Shown here: in pieces, positions 47,977 through 58,254 of the stretch
Layout: each line of letters begins with the position of its first letter
Numbering within the stretch: position 1 is the stretch's first letter
Assembly: GCA_031272545.1 (NCBI GenBank)
Contig: JAISTP010000022.1
Location: forward strand, 1,533-65,532
From: Bacilli bacterium
Lineage (GTDB): Bacteria; Bacillota_I; Bacilli_A; JAJDGJ01
Direction: 5' to 3'
DNA: 64,000 nucleotides
Made by a program: the position numbers and the translations under genes
Notes under the pieces: model-generated
What the model was told of the DNA's origin: nothing
The model's database searches: none
Seen by the model: only the letters and a program-made list of their open reading frames with translations

Positions 47977-49182
47977 TTAATCCATATTTTCTACTAAAAT
48001 TGCAATACCCATTCCTCCACCTATACATAGTGAAGCAACTCCGTATCTCTTATTTAATCTTTTCATATTATGTAATAATGTTACAAGAATTCTACTTCCA
48101 CTAGCTCCAACTGGATGACCTAAGGCAATTGCTCCTCCAGTAAGATTAGTTTTCGCAAATATATCTTCTTGACTAACATTAAATCTTTCAGATAATAATT
48201 TAACTGAGCCTAATGATTGTGCCGCAAATGCTTCATTTAATTCAAAGATATCAACATCTTCAAATTTAACATCTTTAACCACATTAGTAAATAAATTATC
48301 AATAGCATAGAAAGGACCTAATCCCATTACTTTTGGATCTAATCCAGCTTGGGCCCAACCTAAAATCTTAGCCATTGGTTTAGCATTATATTTTTCTACA
48401 ATCTTATCATTAGCCACTACTACATAAGCTGCACCATCATTAATTCCTGATGCATTACCAGCAGTAACAGTACCATCTTTAATAAAAGCTGGTTTTAAAT
48501 TAGCTAATTTTTCCATTGATGTTTCTCTAGGATGTTCATCAGTATCAAAAATAATGTCACCTTTTCTATTTTTTACAGTAACTGGAACTATTTCATCTTT
48601 AAAATATCCATTTTTAATTGCATCTAATGCTTTTTCTTGTGATTTTAAAGAAAATTCATCTTGCATTTCTCTAGTAATTCCATATCTTTCCGCTACATTT
48701 TCTGCAGTTACACCCATATGAATATCATTGAAAGCATCAGTTAAAGCATCATAGACTAAAGTATCAGTAAGTTTTACATCAAAAAGTCTAAATCCACTTC
48801 TTGCTTGATTAGTCGCATATGGAGCTAATGACATATTTTCAGTTCCCCCAGCAATAATTAAGTCCGCAACTTCTGCTTTAATCATATTGTACGCATTAGT
48901 TACTGATTTAATTCCTGAACCACAAACCATATTTAATGAAGTACCAGGAATCTTTTCACTTAATCCTGCTTTAATAACAACTTGACGTCCTATCCCTTGT
49001 CCAGCTGCTCCAGGTAAAACATTTCCTGAAATTACTTCAAAAATGTCTTCTTCTTTAATATTATTTTTTTCTACTAAATCTTTAACAACAGCAGCTCCTA
49101 ATTCAGCAGCAGGTACTGTTGATAATCCCTTGCTTAAAGAACCAATTGCTGTTCTTTTCGCATCTAAAATATAAATACCCAT
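47977..49182 (-). CDS. Acetyl-CoA C-acetyltransferase (thiolase II)
   Basis: Active-site Cys in NMVCGSG, NEAFA, GHPVGASG, CIGGGMG. Confidence 0.9.
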   Translation of the reverse strand: MGIYILDAKRTAIGSLSKGLSTVPAAELGAAVVKDLVEKNNIKEEDIFEVISGNVLPGAAGQGIGRQVVIKAGLSEKIPGTSLNMVCGSGIKSVTNAYNMIKAEVADLIIAGGTENMSLAPYATNQARSGFRLFDVKLTDTLVYDALTDAFNDIHMGVTAENVAERYGITREMQDEFSLKSQEKALDAIKNGYFKDEIVPVTVKNRKGDIIFDTDEHPRETSMEKLANLKPAFIKDGTVTAGNASGINDGAAYVVVANDKIVEKYNAKPMAKILGWAQAGLDPKVMGLGPFYAIDNLFTNVVKDVKFEDVDIFELNEAFAAQSLGSVKLLSERFNVSQEDIFAKTNLTGGAIALGHPVGASGSRILVTLLHNMKRLNKRYGVASLCIGGGMGIAILVENMD

Positions 49183-49368
49183 GTATTTTCCTCCTATTTT
49201 ATTTTATTTTCTTATATATGATAACACTTTTATATTAGTAAAAATAGTAAAAACACAATATTTTATGTTAAAAAATCATAGTGTGTTTAATATCTAATTT
49301 TTTTATAAAAATCTATTATTATTCAATGCAAAATATCCTTCTTATTTACTTTTATTTAATATTAAAAG

Positions 49369-51126
49369 TTATACTATTCTTTTAAACATTTTTTCAATAT
49401 CATTTAATGTTAAAGTTAAGAATATTGGTCTACCATGAGGACAATGATCATTATTGCTACAATTTAATAAACGATTAACTAAATTAGTCATTTCTAAATT
49501 GCTTAACTTAGTATTCGCTTTTAAACTCATTTTACAACTTGCTAGAATTAAATCATCTTTAACAATATCAAAAGGAATTATCTTTTTATATTCTAATAAC
49601 TTACTTACAATATTCTCAATAACTTCCTGAGCTTTATCTTCTTCTATCCAAGAAGGAATACTTCTAATTAATAAATCATTATTAGCTTGTACTTCAAAAT
49701 TTAAACCTAGATCAATTAAATAATCTTTGAATTCCATTATTTTAATACTTTCACTAAAACTTAAATTAATAATAATAGGAACTATTAAATCATAATAAGT
49801 TAATTCTTTATTAAAATTATTTTTTATATTTTCATAATTAATTCTTTCCATAGCAGCATGTTGGTCAATCATTTGTAGTCCTTTTTCATTACTTATTAAA
49901 ATATAAGTACAAGCAAATTGTCCTATTACATCAAATAGATAGTTTCTATTAGTATCTTCTTTAATATTATTGCTTTCATTATTAATATCATTATCTTTTA
50001 AAGTGTTGGAGTAATCTTCAGTAACAACCTCACTAATTATCTTATTATTAGTATTATTATTTTGATAATTTTTACTTTCTATATCATTACTATTAAAATT
50101 AAATTGCATATTATTAATTTTATTATTATCAATAGCTTTATTAAATAAAGTAGGTCTAATACTTAATTTATCTTTTAAAGTATTAGTTATTAAATTACAT
50201 AATTCATTTTTTTTATCTAATCTTACTTCTTTTTTAGCTGGATGAACATTAACATCAACTAATTGATTATCACAAGTAATATTAAGGATTACAATAGGAA
50301 ATCTCCTTTCCATTAATAAAGTATCATAACCATCAATTATAGCTTGAACTATATTATTATCTTGAATTAATCTTTTATTGATAAAAAGATAAATTGCTCT
50401 TTTATTTGAACGAGTAATATCTTTATTACTATAATAACCATCTATCATAAAATCATCATTATTAGTTTTAAAATAATTCATATTTTCTGCTATATCTAAA
50501 CCATAAATAGCATTAAGTATTTCTATAATATTATTATTACCAGAAGTAGTTAAGATATTCTTACCATCATTAGTTAAAGAAAAAGCAATATTAGGATACA
50601 TTAATGAAAAACTATATATTAATTCGACAATACTACTATAAATACGATTATTTGAAGAAAGAAATTTAAAACGAGCTGGTACATTATAAAATAAGTTATT
50701 TACACTTATTTTAGTACCTTTATTTTGATAGCCCTCACTTAATAGATCATCATTAACATTATAAAAATAACCTTTATTATCATTATTAGTCGCAATCTTT
50801 ACCATAGCTACATTAGTAATGCTTGCTAGTGCTTCTCCTCTAAATCCTAAAGTATTAATATGATTTAAATCATATTGATTATTAATTTTAGATGTTGCAT
50901 GAACTTTGGTACATAATAATAAATCTTCTTTACTCATTCCTATTCCATTATCAACTACTTGAATTAATTGTAATCCATTATTTATAATTGTAATATCTAT
51001 TTTACTAGCATGAGCATCAATACTATTTTCGACTAATTCTTTTATTACTGAAGTTGGTGATTCAATTACTTCACCAGCAGCTATTTTAGAAACAATACTT
51101 TCTTCTAATATTTTAATTTTATTCAT
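49369..51126 (-). CDS. mutL: DNA mismatch repair protein MutL
   Basis: GHKL ATPase N-terminus (SKIAAGEVIESPTSVIKELVENSIDA), an N-rich linker, and a C-terminal dimerisation domain (CPHGRP). Confidence 0.95.
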   Translation of the reverse strand: MNKIKILEESIVSKIAAGEVIESPTSVIKELVENSIDAHASKIDITIINNGLQLIQVVDNGIGMSKEDLLLCTKVHATSKINNQYDLNHINTLGFRGEALASITNVAMVKIATNNDNKGYFYNVNDDLLSEGYQNKGTKISVNNLFYNVPARFKFLSSNNRIYSSIVELIYSFSLMYPNIAFSLTNDGKNILTTSGNNNIIEILNAIYGLDIAENMNYFKTNNDDFMIDGYYSNKDITRSNKRAIYLFINKRLIQDNNIVQAIIDGYDTLLMERRFPIVILNITCDNQLVDVNVHPAKKEVRLDKKNELCNLITNTLKDKLSIRPTLFNKAIDNNKINNMQFNFNSNDIESKNYQNNNTNNKIISEVVTEDYSNTLKDNDINNESNNIKEDTNRNYLFDVIGQFACTYILISNEKGLQMIDQHAAMERINYENIKNNFNKELTYYDLIVPIIINLSFSESIKIMEFKDYLIDLGLNFEVQANNDLLIRSIPSWIEEDKAQEVIENIVSKLLEYKKIIPFDIVKDDLILASCKMSLKANTKLSNLEMTNLVNRLLNCSNNDHCPHGRPIFLTLTLNDIEKMFKRIV

Positions 51127-51218
51127 TAGTTCACCTCTTTATCTATTAGCTATTATATTGATAAAATAAAATTTTGTTTTTTATAGAAATATTAAACTTT
51201 TTATGTTAGAATACAAAT

Positions 51219-51263
51219 GTAGATGGGCGTAAGCCGATGGGTCTCTAGCGGAGACCCTTTTTT
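51219..51263 (+). ncRNA. Candidate ~45-nt convergent small RNA / plus-strand terminator module at the abi 3' end
   Basis: Extended -10 TGTTAGAAT (51204-51212), then GGC-GTAA-GCC and GGGTCTC-TAGCG-GAGACCC hairpins, the latter followed by T6. One of the few GC-rich patches I noticed outside the tRNA and riboswitch regions. Confidence 0.25.
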
Positions 51264-52092
51264 ATTTAGTTAAATAATTTAATATTTTAATATAATCTTT
51301 TTTATCATCATTATCTCTTAAAGTCCTATTTTTTTTATTACTATAGTTTATTGTAATTTCTATACTATTGTTGTGGTAAACACAATTTCTAATATCGATT
51401 AATTTAAAAACTATTTTCTCAAAAGAAGCAATATTTTTACAAAATAGTACTTGATCTAATTTTAATAATTCTTTAAAGATTATTTTTTTTGTTTCTTTTC
51501 CTATACAAATGTAAACACTTAACAACTGACCAAAACTTAAATTGTCTAAAAAAACAAATATATTAGCATATTTACAATAATATTTTTTTAAATTCTTAAT
51601 ATGTTTTTTTATATTTTCAATACGTTCTTTAGAAAAAACATCATTATTTTTTAATCTATCAGCATTATTATTTAATAATACTACAAATTTATTAAAATTA
51701 TTTTCACTATCTATTTCATATTTAATACTAGTATAATAGGATAATATTGTAGAAAAGGTACTTTCAAATTTAGATATTTTTTTAAATATTAATGGATAAT
51801 ATTCTCTTTCTTTTTTATATAAATTAAGATAGCTATTAAAATCAGTTATACTATAATATTGATGTTTGTTATTACTATTTAGTATTGGATTATTATTAAT
51901 ATCCTTATTATAAAACTTATATTTAAATGGAGTAATAATATTTATATAATTTAGTTCATATAACTTCTTTTTAGCATCACATTCTGAAATAGAACTAAAT
52001 ATGATATTTTTAGTAGTTCTTAAATATTCAATTTGTTCATCTAAAGTTAATGGCTTTTTCCAATTAATTATATTATCTTTATCTTTATTCAT
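51262..52092 (-). CDS. Abi_2 (AbiD/AbiF-like) abortive-infection protein, HEPN-type
   Basis: N-terminus K.LTLDEQIEYL......I.....A...L...NY typical of Abi_2. R-x4-H motif in LIDIRNCVYHNNSIE. Confidence 0.65.
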   Translation of the reverse strand: MNKDKDNIINWKKPLTLDEQIEYLRTTKNIIFSSISECDAKKKLYELNYINIITPFKYKFYNKDINNNPILNSNNKHQYYSITDFNSYLNLYKKEREYYPLIFKKISKFESTFSTILSYYTSIKYEIDSENNFNKFVVLLNNNADRLKNNDVFSKERIENIKKHIKNLKKYYCKYANIFVFLDNLSFGQLLSVYICIGKETKKIIFKELLKLDQVLFCKNIASFEKIVFKLIDIRNCVYHNNSIEITINYSNKKNRTLRDNDDKKDYIKILNYLTK

Positions 52093-52128
52093 TAGTTCAC
52101 CTCTTTATCTATAAATACTTAGAGAAAA

Positions 52129-54645
52129 TTACTTTAATTTATCTTTTAGTTCTTTTAATAATAATAAAGCATCTATTCCGGTTAATTCATCTAATTTAAT
52201 ATCATTAATTAATTTAACAACTTCTTCATTACTATCTTTTATTACTTCAACATATTCAACTTTATTAATATTATTATTATCTATTTCAAAATTATTTAAT
52301 AAACTTTCAGCTCTTTTTAATATTGGATTAGGTATATTAGCTAATGAAGCAACATGTAATCCATATGAACGATCAATACTACCAGGCTTAATCTTATAAG
52401 TAAGTATTATTTCTTTGTCATTTTCAATTACTGAAGCATGATAGTTAACAATACTATCATTAGTATTTGCTAATTCTACTAATTCATGATAATGCGTAGA
52501 AAATAATAGTTTAGCTTTAATTTGTGAGGTAATATATTCAATAATAGCACCAGCTAATGACATTCCATCATAAGTAGCAGTACCTCGACCTATTTCATCG
52601 AAAATGATTAAACTATTCTCACTAGCATTTAAGATAGCATTACTTGCTTCTAACATTTCAACCATGAAAGTTGATTGTCCTTGAATAAGATTATCACTAG
52701 CACCAATACGAGTAAAGATATTATCAAAGATCATTAGATTAGCTTCTTGGGCTGGTACATAACATCCTATTTGAGCCATGATAATAATTAAAGCTAATTG
52801 ACGTTCATAAGTAGATTTACCACCCATATTAGGACCGGTAATAATCATCGTATTAATATCACTACCCATCATAAAATCATTATTAATAAACTCTTGTTCT
52901 TTATTAATTTGTTTAATAATAGGATGAAATGATGATTTAATATCTATCTTATGTTCATCATTAAATATTGGACAAGTATAATCACTTTGATTAGATATTT
53001 TACTTAGTGCTTGCATAACATCAATATAACTTAATTTACTAGCAATATCTTGCATATCTTTTATAAACTTATTTAATTCTTTTACAATATCATTAAATAA
53101 AATAATTTCTAATTTATTAACATTATCTTGAGCACTTAATATTTGAGATTCTTTTTCTTTAAGTTCAACATTAATATAACGTTCTCCATTAGTAAGGGTT
53201 TGTTTTCTAATATAGTTAAATTCATCTTTTATTAAATGTTTATTAGCATTACTTACTTCAATATAATAACCAAATGTTTTGTGATATTTAACTTTTAAAT
53301 TATTAATTCCCGTTATTTCTCTTTGTTTTTGTTCGAAATTTAATAACCAAGATGTACTATCATTTAATATATTACGATATTCATCAAGTTGTTCATTATA
53401 ACCGTCTTTAATTATTTTTTCATTATTACCATCTAGTATTTCTATTGGAATACTTTGTTCTATTAAAGATATAACTTCATGAACATCTTTAATATCATTT
53501 AAATAATTATTAATAATATCATTATTAAATTCTTTTAATAAGTTAAATATTTCATAACTAGCTTTAAGTGAATTATTTAACCATAATAATTCTTTAACAT
53601 TAATATTATTACTAGCTAATCTAACAACTAATCTTTCAATATCATAAACTTCTTGTAAGTATTTTCTTATTTTTTCTGTTTTAATAACATCACTTAAAAG
53701 TACTTTAATAAAATTTTGTCTATTAATAATTAATTCTTTTTTAATTAAAGGATTTTCAATAATTTCTTTTAATTTTCTTGAACCCATAGCAGTCTTAGTC
53801 TTATCTAAGTACCAAAATAAGGTACCATATTTATCATTATTACGAATTGAAGTAATTAATTCTAAATTATATTTGGCATTATAATCTAAACTCATTGAAT
53901 CTTTATTGTCATATTCAATTTCTAAATAATAATCAATATCATTAAATTGAATGGTTTTAATATAATTAAATAAATTACTAAAAGCATCATAATATTCTTT
54001 ATTAATTTCATTTAAATAAGGGTTACTATGATCTTGATTAAAGTTAAAACTAATTAATAAACGATATGTTTTTAATAAGTTATTAAAAATACTAGTATCA
54101 AATTTATCTCTTAAGACAATTTCTTTTATTTGATATTCTAATATAATATTAATAAGTTTATTTACATCTTTGATTATTTTCTTAGCCTTTAACTTACCTG
54201 TACTTAAATCCGCTAGAGCCAAATAATAATAATTAGGTTTAGTATCATCAATAAACATTAAGAAATTATATGATATTGATTCATTATCAGTATAAGATCC
54301 TGGAGTTAGTACTTTGATAACTCCACGATCAACCATTTTACCAATACCAGCTTCACTAAGTTGTTCACATATTGCTACTTTGTATCCTTCATCTAATAAT
54401 CTTTTTAAATAACTTTCATAAGCATGGTAAGGAATGCCGCACATTGGTACTCTTTGATCTAATCCAGCATTACGTCCAGTTAAGGCAATAGATAAGATAT
54501 TACTAGCTATTAATGCATCATCAAAGAACATTTCATAAAAATCACCTAGACGATAAAAAACAATACAATCCATGTATTTTCTTTTAATATCAATATATTG
54601 TTTCATCATTGGAGTTACTAAATCATATACTTTATCTATTTCCAT
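52129..54645 (-). CDS. mutS: DNA mismatch repair protein MutS
   Basis: TPMMKQY N-terminus, Walker A GPNMGGKST, DEIGRGT, STHYHEL. The ATG at 54645 follows AGGTG; the track start at 54654 is a GTG. Confidence 0.95.
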   Translation of the reverse strand: MEIDKVYDLVTPMMKQYIDIKRKYMDCIVFYRLGDFYEMFFDDALIASNILSIALTGRNAGLDQRVPMCGIPYHAYESYLKRLLDEGYKVAICEQLSEAGIGKMVDRGVIKVLTPGSYTDNESISYNFLMFIDDTKPNYYYLALADLSTGKLKAKKIIKDVNKLINIILEYQIKEIVLRDKFDTSIFNNLLKTYRLLISFNFNQDHSNPYLNEINKEYYDAFSNLFNYIKTIQFNDIDYYLEIEYDNKDSMSLDYNAKYNLELITSIRNNDKYGTLFWYLDKTKTAMGSRKLKEIIENPLIKKELIINRQNFIKVLLSDVIKTEKIRKYLQEVYDIERLVVRLASNNINVKELLWLNNSLKASYEIFNLLKEFNNDIINNYLNDIKDVHEVISLIEQSIPIEILDGNNEKIIKDGYNEQLDEYRNILNDSTSWLLNFEQKQREITGINNLKVKYHKTFGYYIEVSNANKHLIKDEFNYIRKQTLTNGERYINVELKEKESQILSAQDNVNKLEIILFNDIVKELNKFIKDMQDIASKLSYIDVMQALSKISNQSDYTCPIFNDEHKIDIKSSFHPIIKQINKEQEFINNDFMMGSDINTMIITGPNMGGKSTYERQLALIIIMAQIGCYVPAQEANLMIFDNIFTRIGASDNLIQGQSTFMVEMLEASNAILNASENSLIIFDEIGRGTATYDGMSLAGAIIEYITSQIKAKLLFSTHYHELVELANTNDSIVNYHASVIENDKEIILTYKIKPGSIDRSYGLHVASLANIPNPILKRAESLLNNFEIDNNNINKVEYVEVIKDSNEEVVKLINDIKLDELTGIDALLLLKELKDKLK

Positions 54646-54817
54646 AACATACACCTAATTTCCTAATAATTATAACATAAATTAAATTGTTTAATTTTTT
54701 AATATAATCTAAAATAAATTAACTAATATTTAACTATTTATTATCTTATATCTATTCTATTTTTTTATTATTGGCGTATAATAAAAATGCGAATAAATAG
54801 ATAAGGAGAATATTTTT

Positions 54818-55444
54818 ATGGCAATATTTCACAAGAAAGCAGATCCTTTCTTTATACAATTGATTGAATTCAATACACTAATTGTTAAGGCAGCTCAAGA
54901 ATATTATGATTTAGTTAATAATTATGATGATATTGAGAGAAGAGTTAAAGCTATTAAACAAATAGAACATGAATGTGATGATAAAACACATGAAATTCTT
55001 ACAAGTATTCATGCGACTTTCGTAACTCCAATTGATCGAGAAGATTTATTTTCAATTACAAAAGGTTTAGATGATATTGTAGATTGTATAGAAAAAGTAG
55101 CAGCTCGTTTTATTATCTTTAATGTTAAAAAGCCAACTAAAGAATGTATCGAAGCTGCAGAATTAATCTTAGAAGCTACACAAGAATTAAAGAAATTATT
55201 TGAATATTTACCTAATTCTAAACAAAACCTAGAAATGGTTAGAAAACAAATAATTGATGTTAATCGTATTGAAAATGATGGTGATACATTACATCGTGCT
55301 AGTCTTACTAGATTATTTAAAGATGAAAAAGATCCAATTGAAATAATTAAATGGAAACACATATATGAACAATTAGAAGATTGTATTGATTCATGTGAAT
55401 CAATTGCAAATATTGTTCAAGGGATAGTTGTTAAATATGTTTAG
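54818..55444 (+). CDS. DUF47 (PhoU-like/YkaA) phosphate-transport-associated protein
   Basis: About 205-aa helical protein immediately upstream of, and overlapping, the PiT gene. E.D..H...R.L pattern. Confidence 0.75.
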   Translation: MAIFHKKADPFFIQLIEFNTLIVKAAQEYYDLVNNYDDIERRVKAIKQIEHECDDKTHEILTSIHATFVTPIDREDLFSITKGLDDIVDCIEKVAARFIIFNVKKPTKECIEAAELILEATQELKKLFEYLPNSKQNLEMVRKQIIDVNRIENDGDTLHRASLTRLFKDEKDPIEIIKWKHIYEQLEDCIDSCESIANIVQGIVVKYV

Positions 55445-56429
55445 TGTTATATTAATTGCAGTTATTATCTTTGCTTTACTTTTTGAATTTATCAATGGGT
55501 TTCATGATACAGCTAATGCTATTGCGACATCGGTCTATACAAGAGCATTAACCCCTACAAAAGCAATTATCTTATCTGCTATTATGAATTTTGTTGGTGC
55601 ATTAGTTAGTGATAAAGTTGCGAAAACTATTACTAGTGGATTAATTGGTATTAGTTTAGATCAATATGTTATCTTAGCAGCTTTATTAGGGGCTATCGTT
55701 TGGAATTTAATTACTTGGTGGAAAGGTATCCCAAGTAGTTCATCACATGCTTTAATTGGTTCATTATTAGGAGCAACTATTGTCTATACTATGAGTGTTC
55801 AACATATTTTATGGAATGGTGTTTTAAATAAAATAATTATTCCTTTAATTACTTCACCATTTATTGGTTTAATCCTTGGATATATAGTAATGAAATTAAT
55901 ATTTAAGTTATTTGCAAAATGGTCTCATGCGAAAGCTAATAAATTATTTCATCGTTTACAAGTATTATCAGCTGCTTTAGTATCTTATTCTCATGGTAAT
56001 AATGATGCACAAAAAACAATGGGAATCATTACTCTTGCTTTGATAAGTGGTGGTATCTTAGCTAAAGATGCTGATGTACCAATTTGGGTAAAATTAATAT
56101 GTGGTATTATGATGGCTTTAGGTACTAGTGTTGGTGGCTGGAAAATTATGAAAACTATGGGACAAGGCGTTACTAAACTTGAACCTAGTAGTGGTTTTGC
56201 GGCTCAAACAAGTAGTGCTATTGTTATTGAAGCCATGACTCATTTAGGAGCACCTGTTAGTACAACTCATATTATAACAACTTCTGTTATGGGAGTAGGA
56301 AGTGCTAAAAGAATATCAGGCGTTAAATGGAGTGTAGCAAAGAACATTGTTATTGCCTGGGTTATAACAATTCCAATAACAATGTTTTTAGGTGGAATTG
56401 CGGTTAAAATAATTGAATTATTTATTTAA
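55428..56429 (+). CDS. Inorganic phosphate transporter, PiT family
   Basis: NGFHDTANAIATSV and YSHGNNDAQKTMG PiT signature pair. Confidence 0.9.
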   Translation: MLNMFSVILIAVIIFALLFEFINGFHDTANAIATSVYTRALTPTKAIILSAIMNFVGALVSDKVAKTITSGLIGISLDQYVILAALLGAIVWNLITWWKGIPSSSSHALIGSLLGATIVYTMSVQHILWNGVLNKIIIPLITSPFIGLILGYIVMKLIFKLFAKWSHAKANKLFHRLQVLSAALVSYSHGNNDAQKTMGIITLALISGGILAKDADVPIWVKLICGIMMALGTSVGGWKIMKTMGQGVTKLEPSSGFAAQTSSAIVIEAMTHLGAPVSTTHIITTSVMGVGSAKRISGVKWSVAKNIVIAWVITIPITMFLGGIAVKIIELFI

Positions 56430-56454
56430 ACTTATAAAAAGGATGTAAATAAAT

Positions 56455-57411
56455 TTATTTACACCCTTTTTTATTTTGTAAGACTTTTAACATATCACTA
56501 GTCATTTTATCTAAATCATATTGGTAAGAAAAATTCCATTCTTTTTTAGCAATGCTAGTGTCTAATGAATTAGGCCATGAATTGGCAATATTTTGTCTAA
56601 TTGGATCTACTTCATAATCTAAAACAAAATTAGGAAGATGTTTTTTTATACTTGTCGCAATCATTTCTGGTTCAATAGACATAGCGGAAACATTATAAGC
56701 ATTACGATGAATTAACTTATTAGCATCTGCTTCTATTAAATCAATAATACATTTAATTGCATCAGGCATATACATCATATCTAAATAAGTATTTTTATCA
56801 ATAAAAGAAGTATATTTACCTTTTTCTAAGGCATCATAATAGATATGAACAGCATAATCTGTCGTACCTCCTCCTGGCTTTGTAACATTAGATATTAATC
56901 CTGGAAAACGCACTGAACGAGTATCAACATTATATTTTAAAAAATAGTAATCACATAATAATTCTTGAGCTACTTTAGTAATACCATACATTGTTGTTGG
57001 ACGCATGATAGTATCTTGTGGAGTATGATCTTTTGGTGAATTAGGTCCAAAAGCTCCAATTGAGCTACAAGTAAATAACATTGAGTTAGTAATTCTTGAA
57101 ACTTCTAGTGCATTTAATAAGGTATCCATATTAATATGCCATGATGCAAGAGGATTTTCTTCAGCTTTTGCGGATAATACAGCTGCTAAATGAATAATTA
57201 CATTAACTTGATATTTTTGAGCTAGTCTAAGAAACTCATCATAATCATTAACATCCAATAATTCATAAATTCCATCATCTACTACTGGATTATTAATTGG
57301 TTTTCTTCTTCCAGTAGCAATAACATTATCAATACCATATTTCTTTCTAAGTTCAATTACTAATTCAGAACCTATTTGCCCTAAGCTACCAGTAACTAAT
57401 ATTCTTTTCAT
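56455..57411 (-). CDS. NAD-dependent epimerase/dehydratase-family protein (L-threonine 3-dehydrogenase-like)
   Basis: ILVTGSLGQIGSEL Rossmann motif, YGITK catalytic YxxxK. 318 aa. Confidence 0.65.
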   Translation of the reverse strand: MKRILVTGSLGQIGSELVIELRKKYGIDNVIATGRRKPINNPVVDDGIYELLDVNDYDEFLRLAQKYQVNVIIHLAAVLSAKAEENPLASWHINMDTLLNALEVSRITNSMLFTCSSIGAFGPNSPKDHTPQDTIMRPTTMYGITKVAQELLCDYYFLKYNVDTRSVRFPGLISNVTKPGGGTTDYAVHIYYDALEKGKYTSFIDKNTYLDMMYMPDAIKCIIDLIEADANKLIHRNAYNVSAMSIEPEMIATSIKKHLPNFVLDYEVDPIRQNIANSWPNSLDTSIAKKEWNFSYQYDLDKMTSDMLKVLQNKKGCK

Positions 57412-57487
57412 TATATTTCCTCCTTAAAGATATATAGTATTATTATACTTGATAATATTAAGATAAACTATTTAAATTATTAGATAA

Positions 57488-57516
57488 TTAAAAAACAATG
57501 GTTTTACCATTGTTTT
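57488..57516 (-). terminator. Terminator after the small GNAT gene
   Basis: Minus strand AAACAATGG-TAAAA-CCATTGTTT followed by T5. Confidence 0.6.
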
Positions 57517-57796
57517 ACTTATATTCCATTGTTTGGTATGTTTCAGGATGCTTTTGAAATAATCTTTTAGCATAAGGACATAAAGGAATAATCTTTATAC
57601 CTTTCTCTTTAGCATACTTTACAACTTCATCAACTAACATTCTTGCATAACCTTTCCCATTAAATCGATCATCTACATAAGTATGGTCAATAATGAGGAA
57701 CTCATTTGTCTCTGAAGTAAAAGTTACTTCACCAATAAATTCATTATCAAGAAATAATTGAAAACTTTGTTCAACTTTCTTTATTGAAAGTCCCAT
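57515..57796 (-). CDS. Small GNAT-like N-acetyltransferase (YjdJ type)
   Basis: 93 aa. IDHTYVDDRFNGKGYARMLV ... IIPLCPYA fits the short GNAT (Acetyltransf_CG) pattern. Confidence 0.6.
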   Translation of the reverse strand: MGLSIKKVEQSFQLFLDNEFIGEVTFTSETNEFLIIDHTYVDDRFNGKGYARMLVDEVVKYAKEKGIKIIPLCPYAKRLFQKHPETYQTMEYK

Positions 57797-58219
57797 GTTA
57801 TCACCACCTGAGACTATTCTAACATAAATTTTTTAAATAATAAAATATGGCTATGTCTTAAACTTATTATTTATTTAATAAGATTAATTTTATTACAATC
57901 AATAATTCTCAAAGAGTTATTATTAAACTATTATTTAAGGAAATTTGGGGAAATATTTATAAACTATACAAATTATGATTGCATTATTTTTTATTGTTTA
58001 CTTTTAAAGGAGAACATAGCCATATAAAAGAATAATTAGGTCAATAAATTATGACCACGATTAATATTATACAATAATGTAAGTATTATATTATTTTAAA
58101 ATATCCATATTTAACAAATAGTTATATTAAAGATACTATTTAAAAGAATTATTGGTTATAAATAAGTATTTTTAACTAAAAAAATTATATATATAGTTTA
58201 AAAATAATAACTAAATAAT

Positions 58220-58246
58220 AAAAAAATTAGTCAAATTATGACTAAT
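58220..58246 (-). terminator. Terminator after ddl
   Basis: Minus strand TTAGTCA-TAATT-TGACTAA followed by T7. Confidence 0.6.
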
Positions 58247-58254
58247 TTTATTAA

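Larger units (their letters stand above)
51118..52112 (-). mobile_element. Inserted abi gene cassette bounded by perfect 29-bp direct repeats within the mutS-mutL operon
   Basis: TTTATTCATTAGTTCACCTCTTTATCTAT occurs at 51118-51146 and 52084-52112, checked base by base. No recombinase gene is present. Confidence 0.45.

Noticed and set aside
57845-58025. 12-nt perfect inverted repeat (ATATGGCTATGT / ACATAGCCATAT) 157 nt apart in the 458-bp ddl-GNAT intergenic region.
   Set aside because: With only 12 bp in a long AT-rich spacer, a chance occurrence is plausible by rough estimate. There are no flanking extensions, promoter or terminator context.
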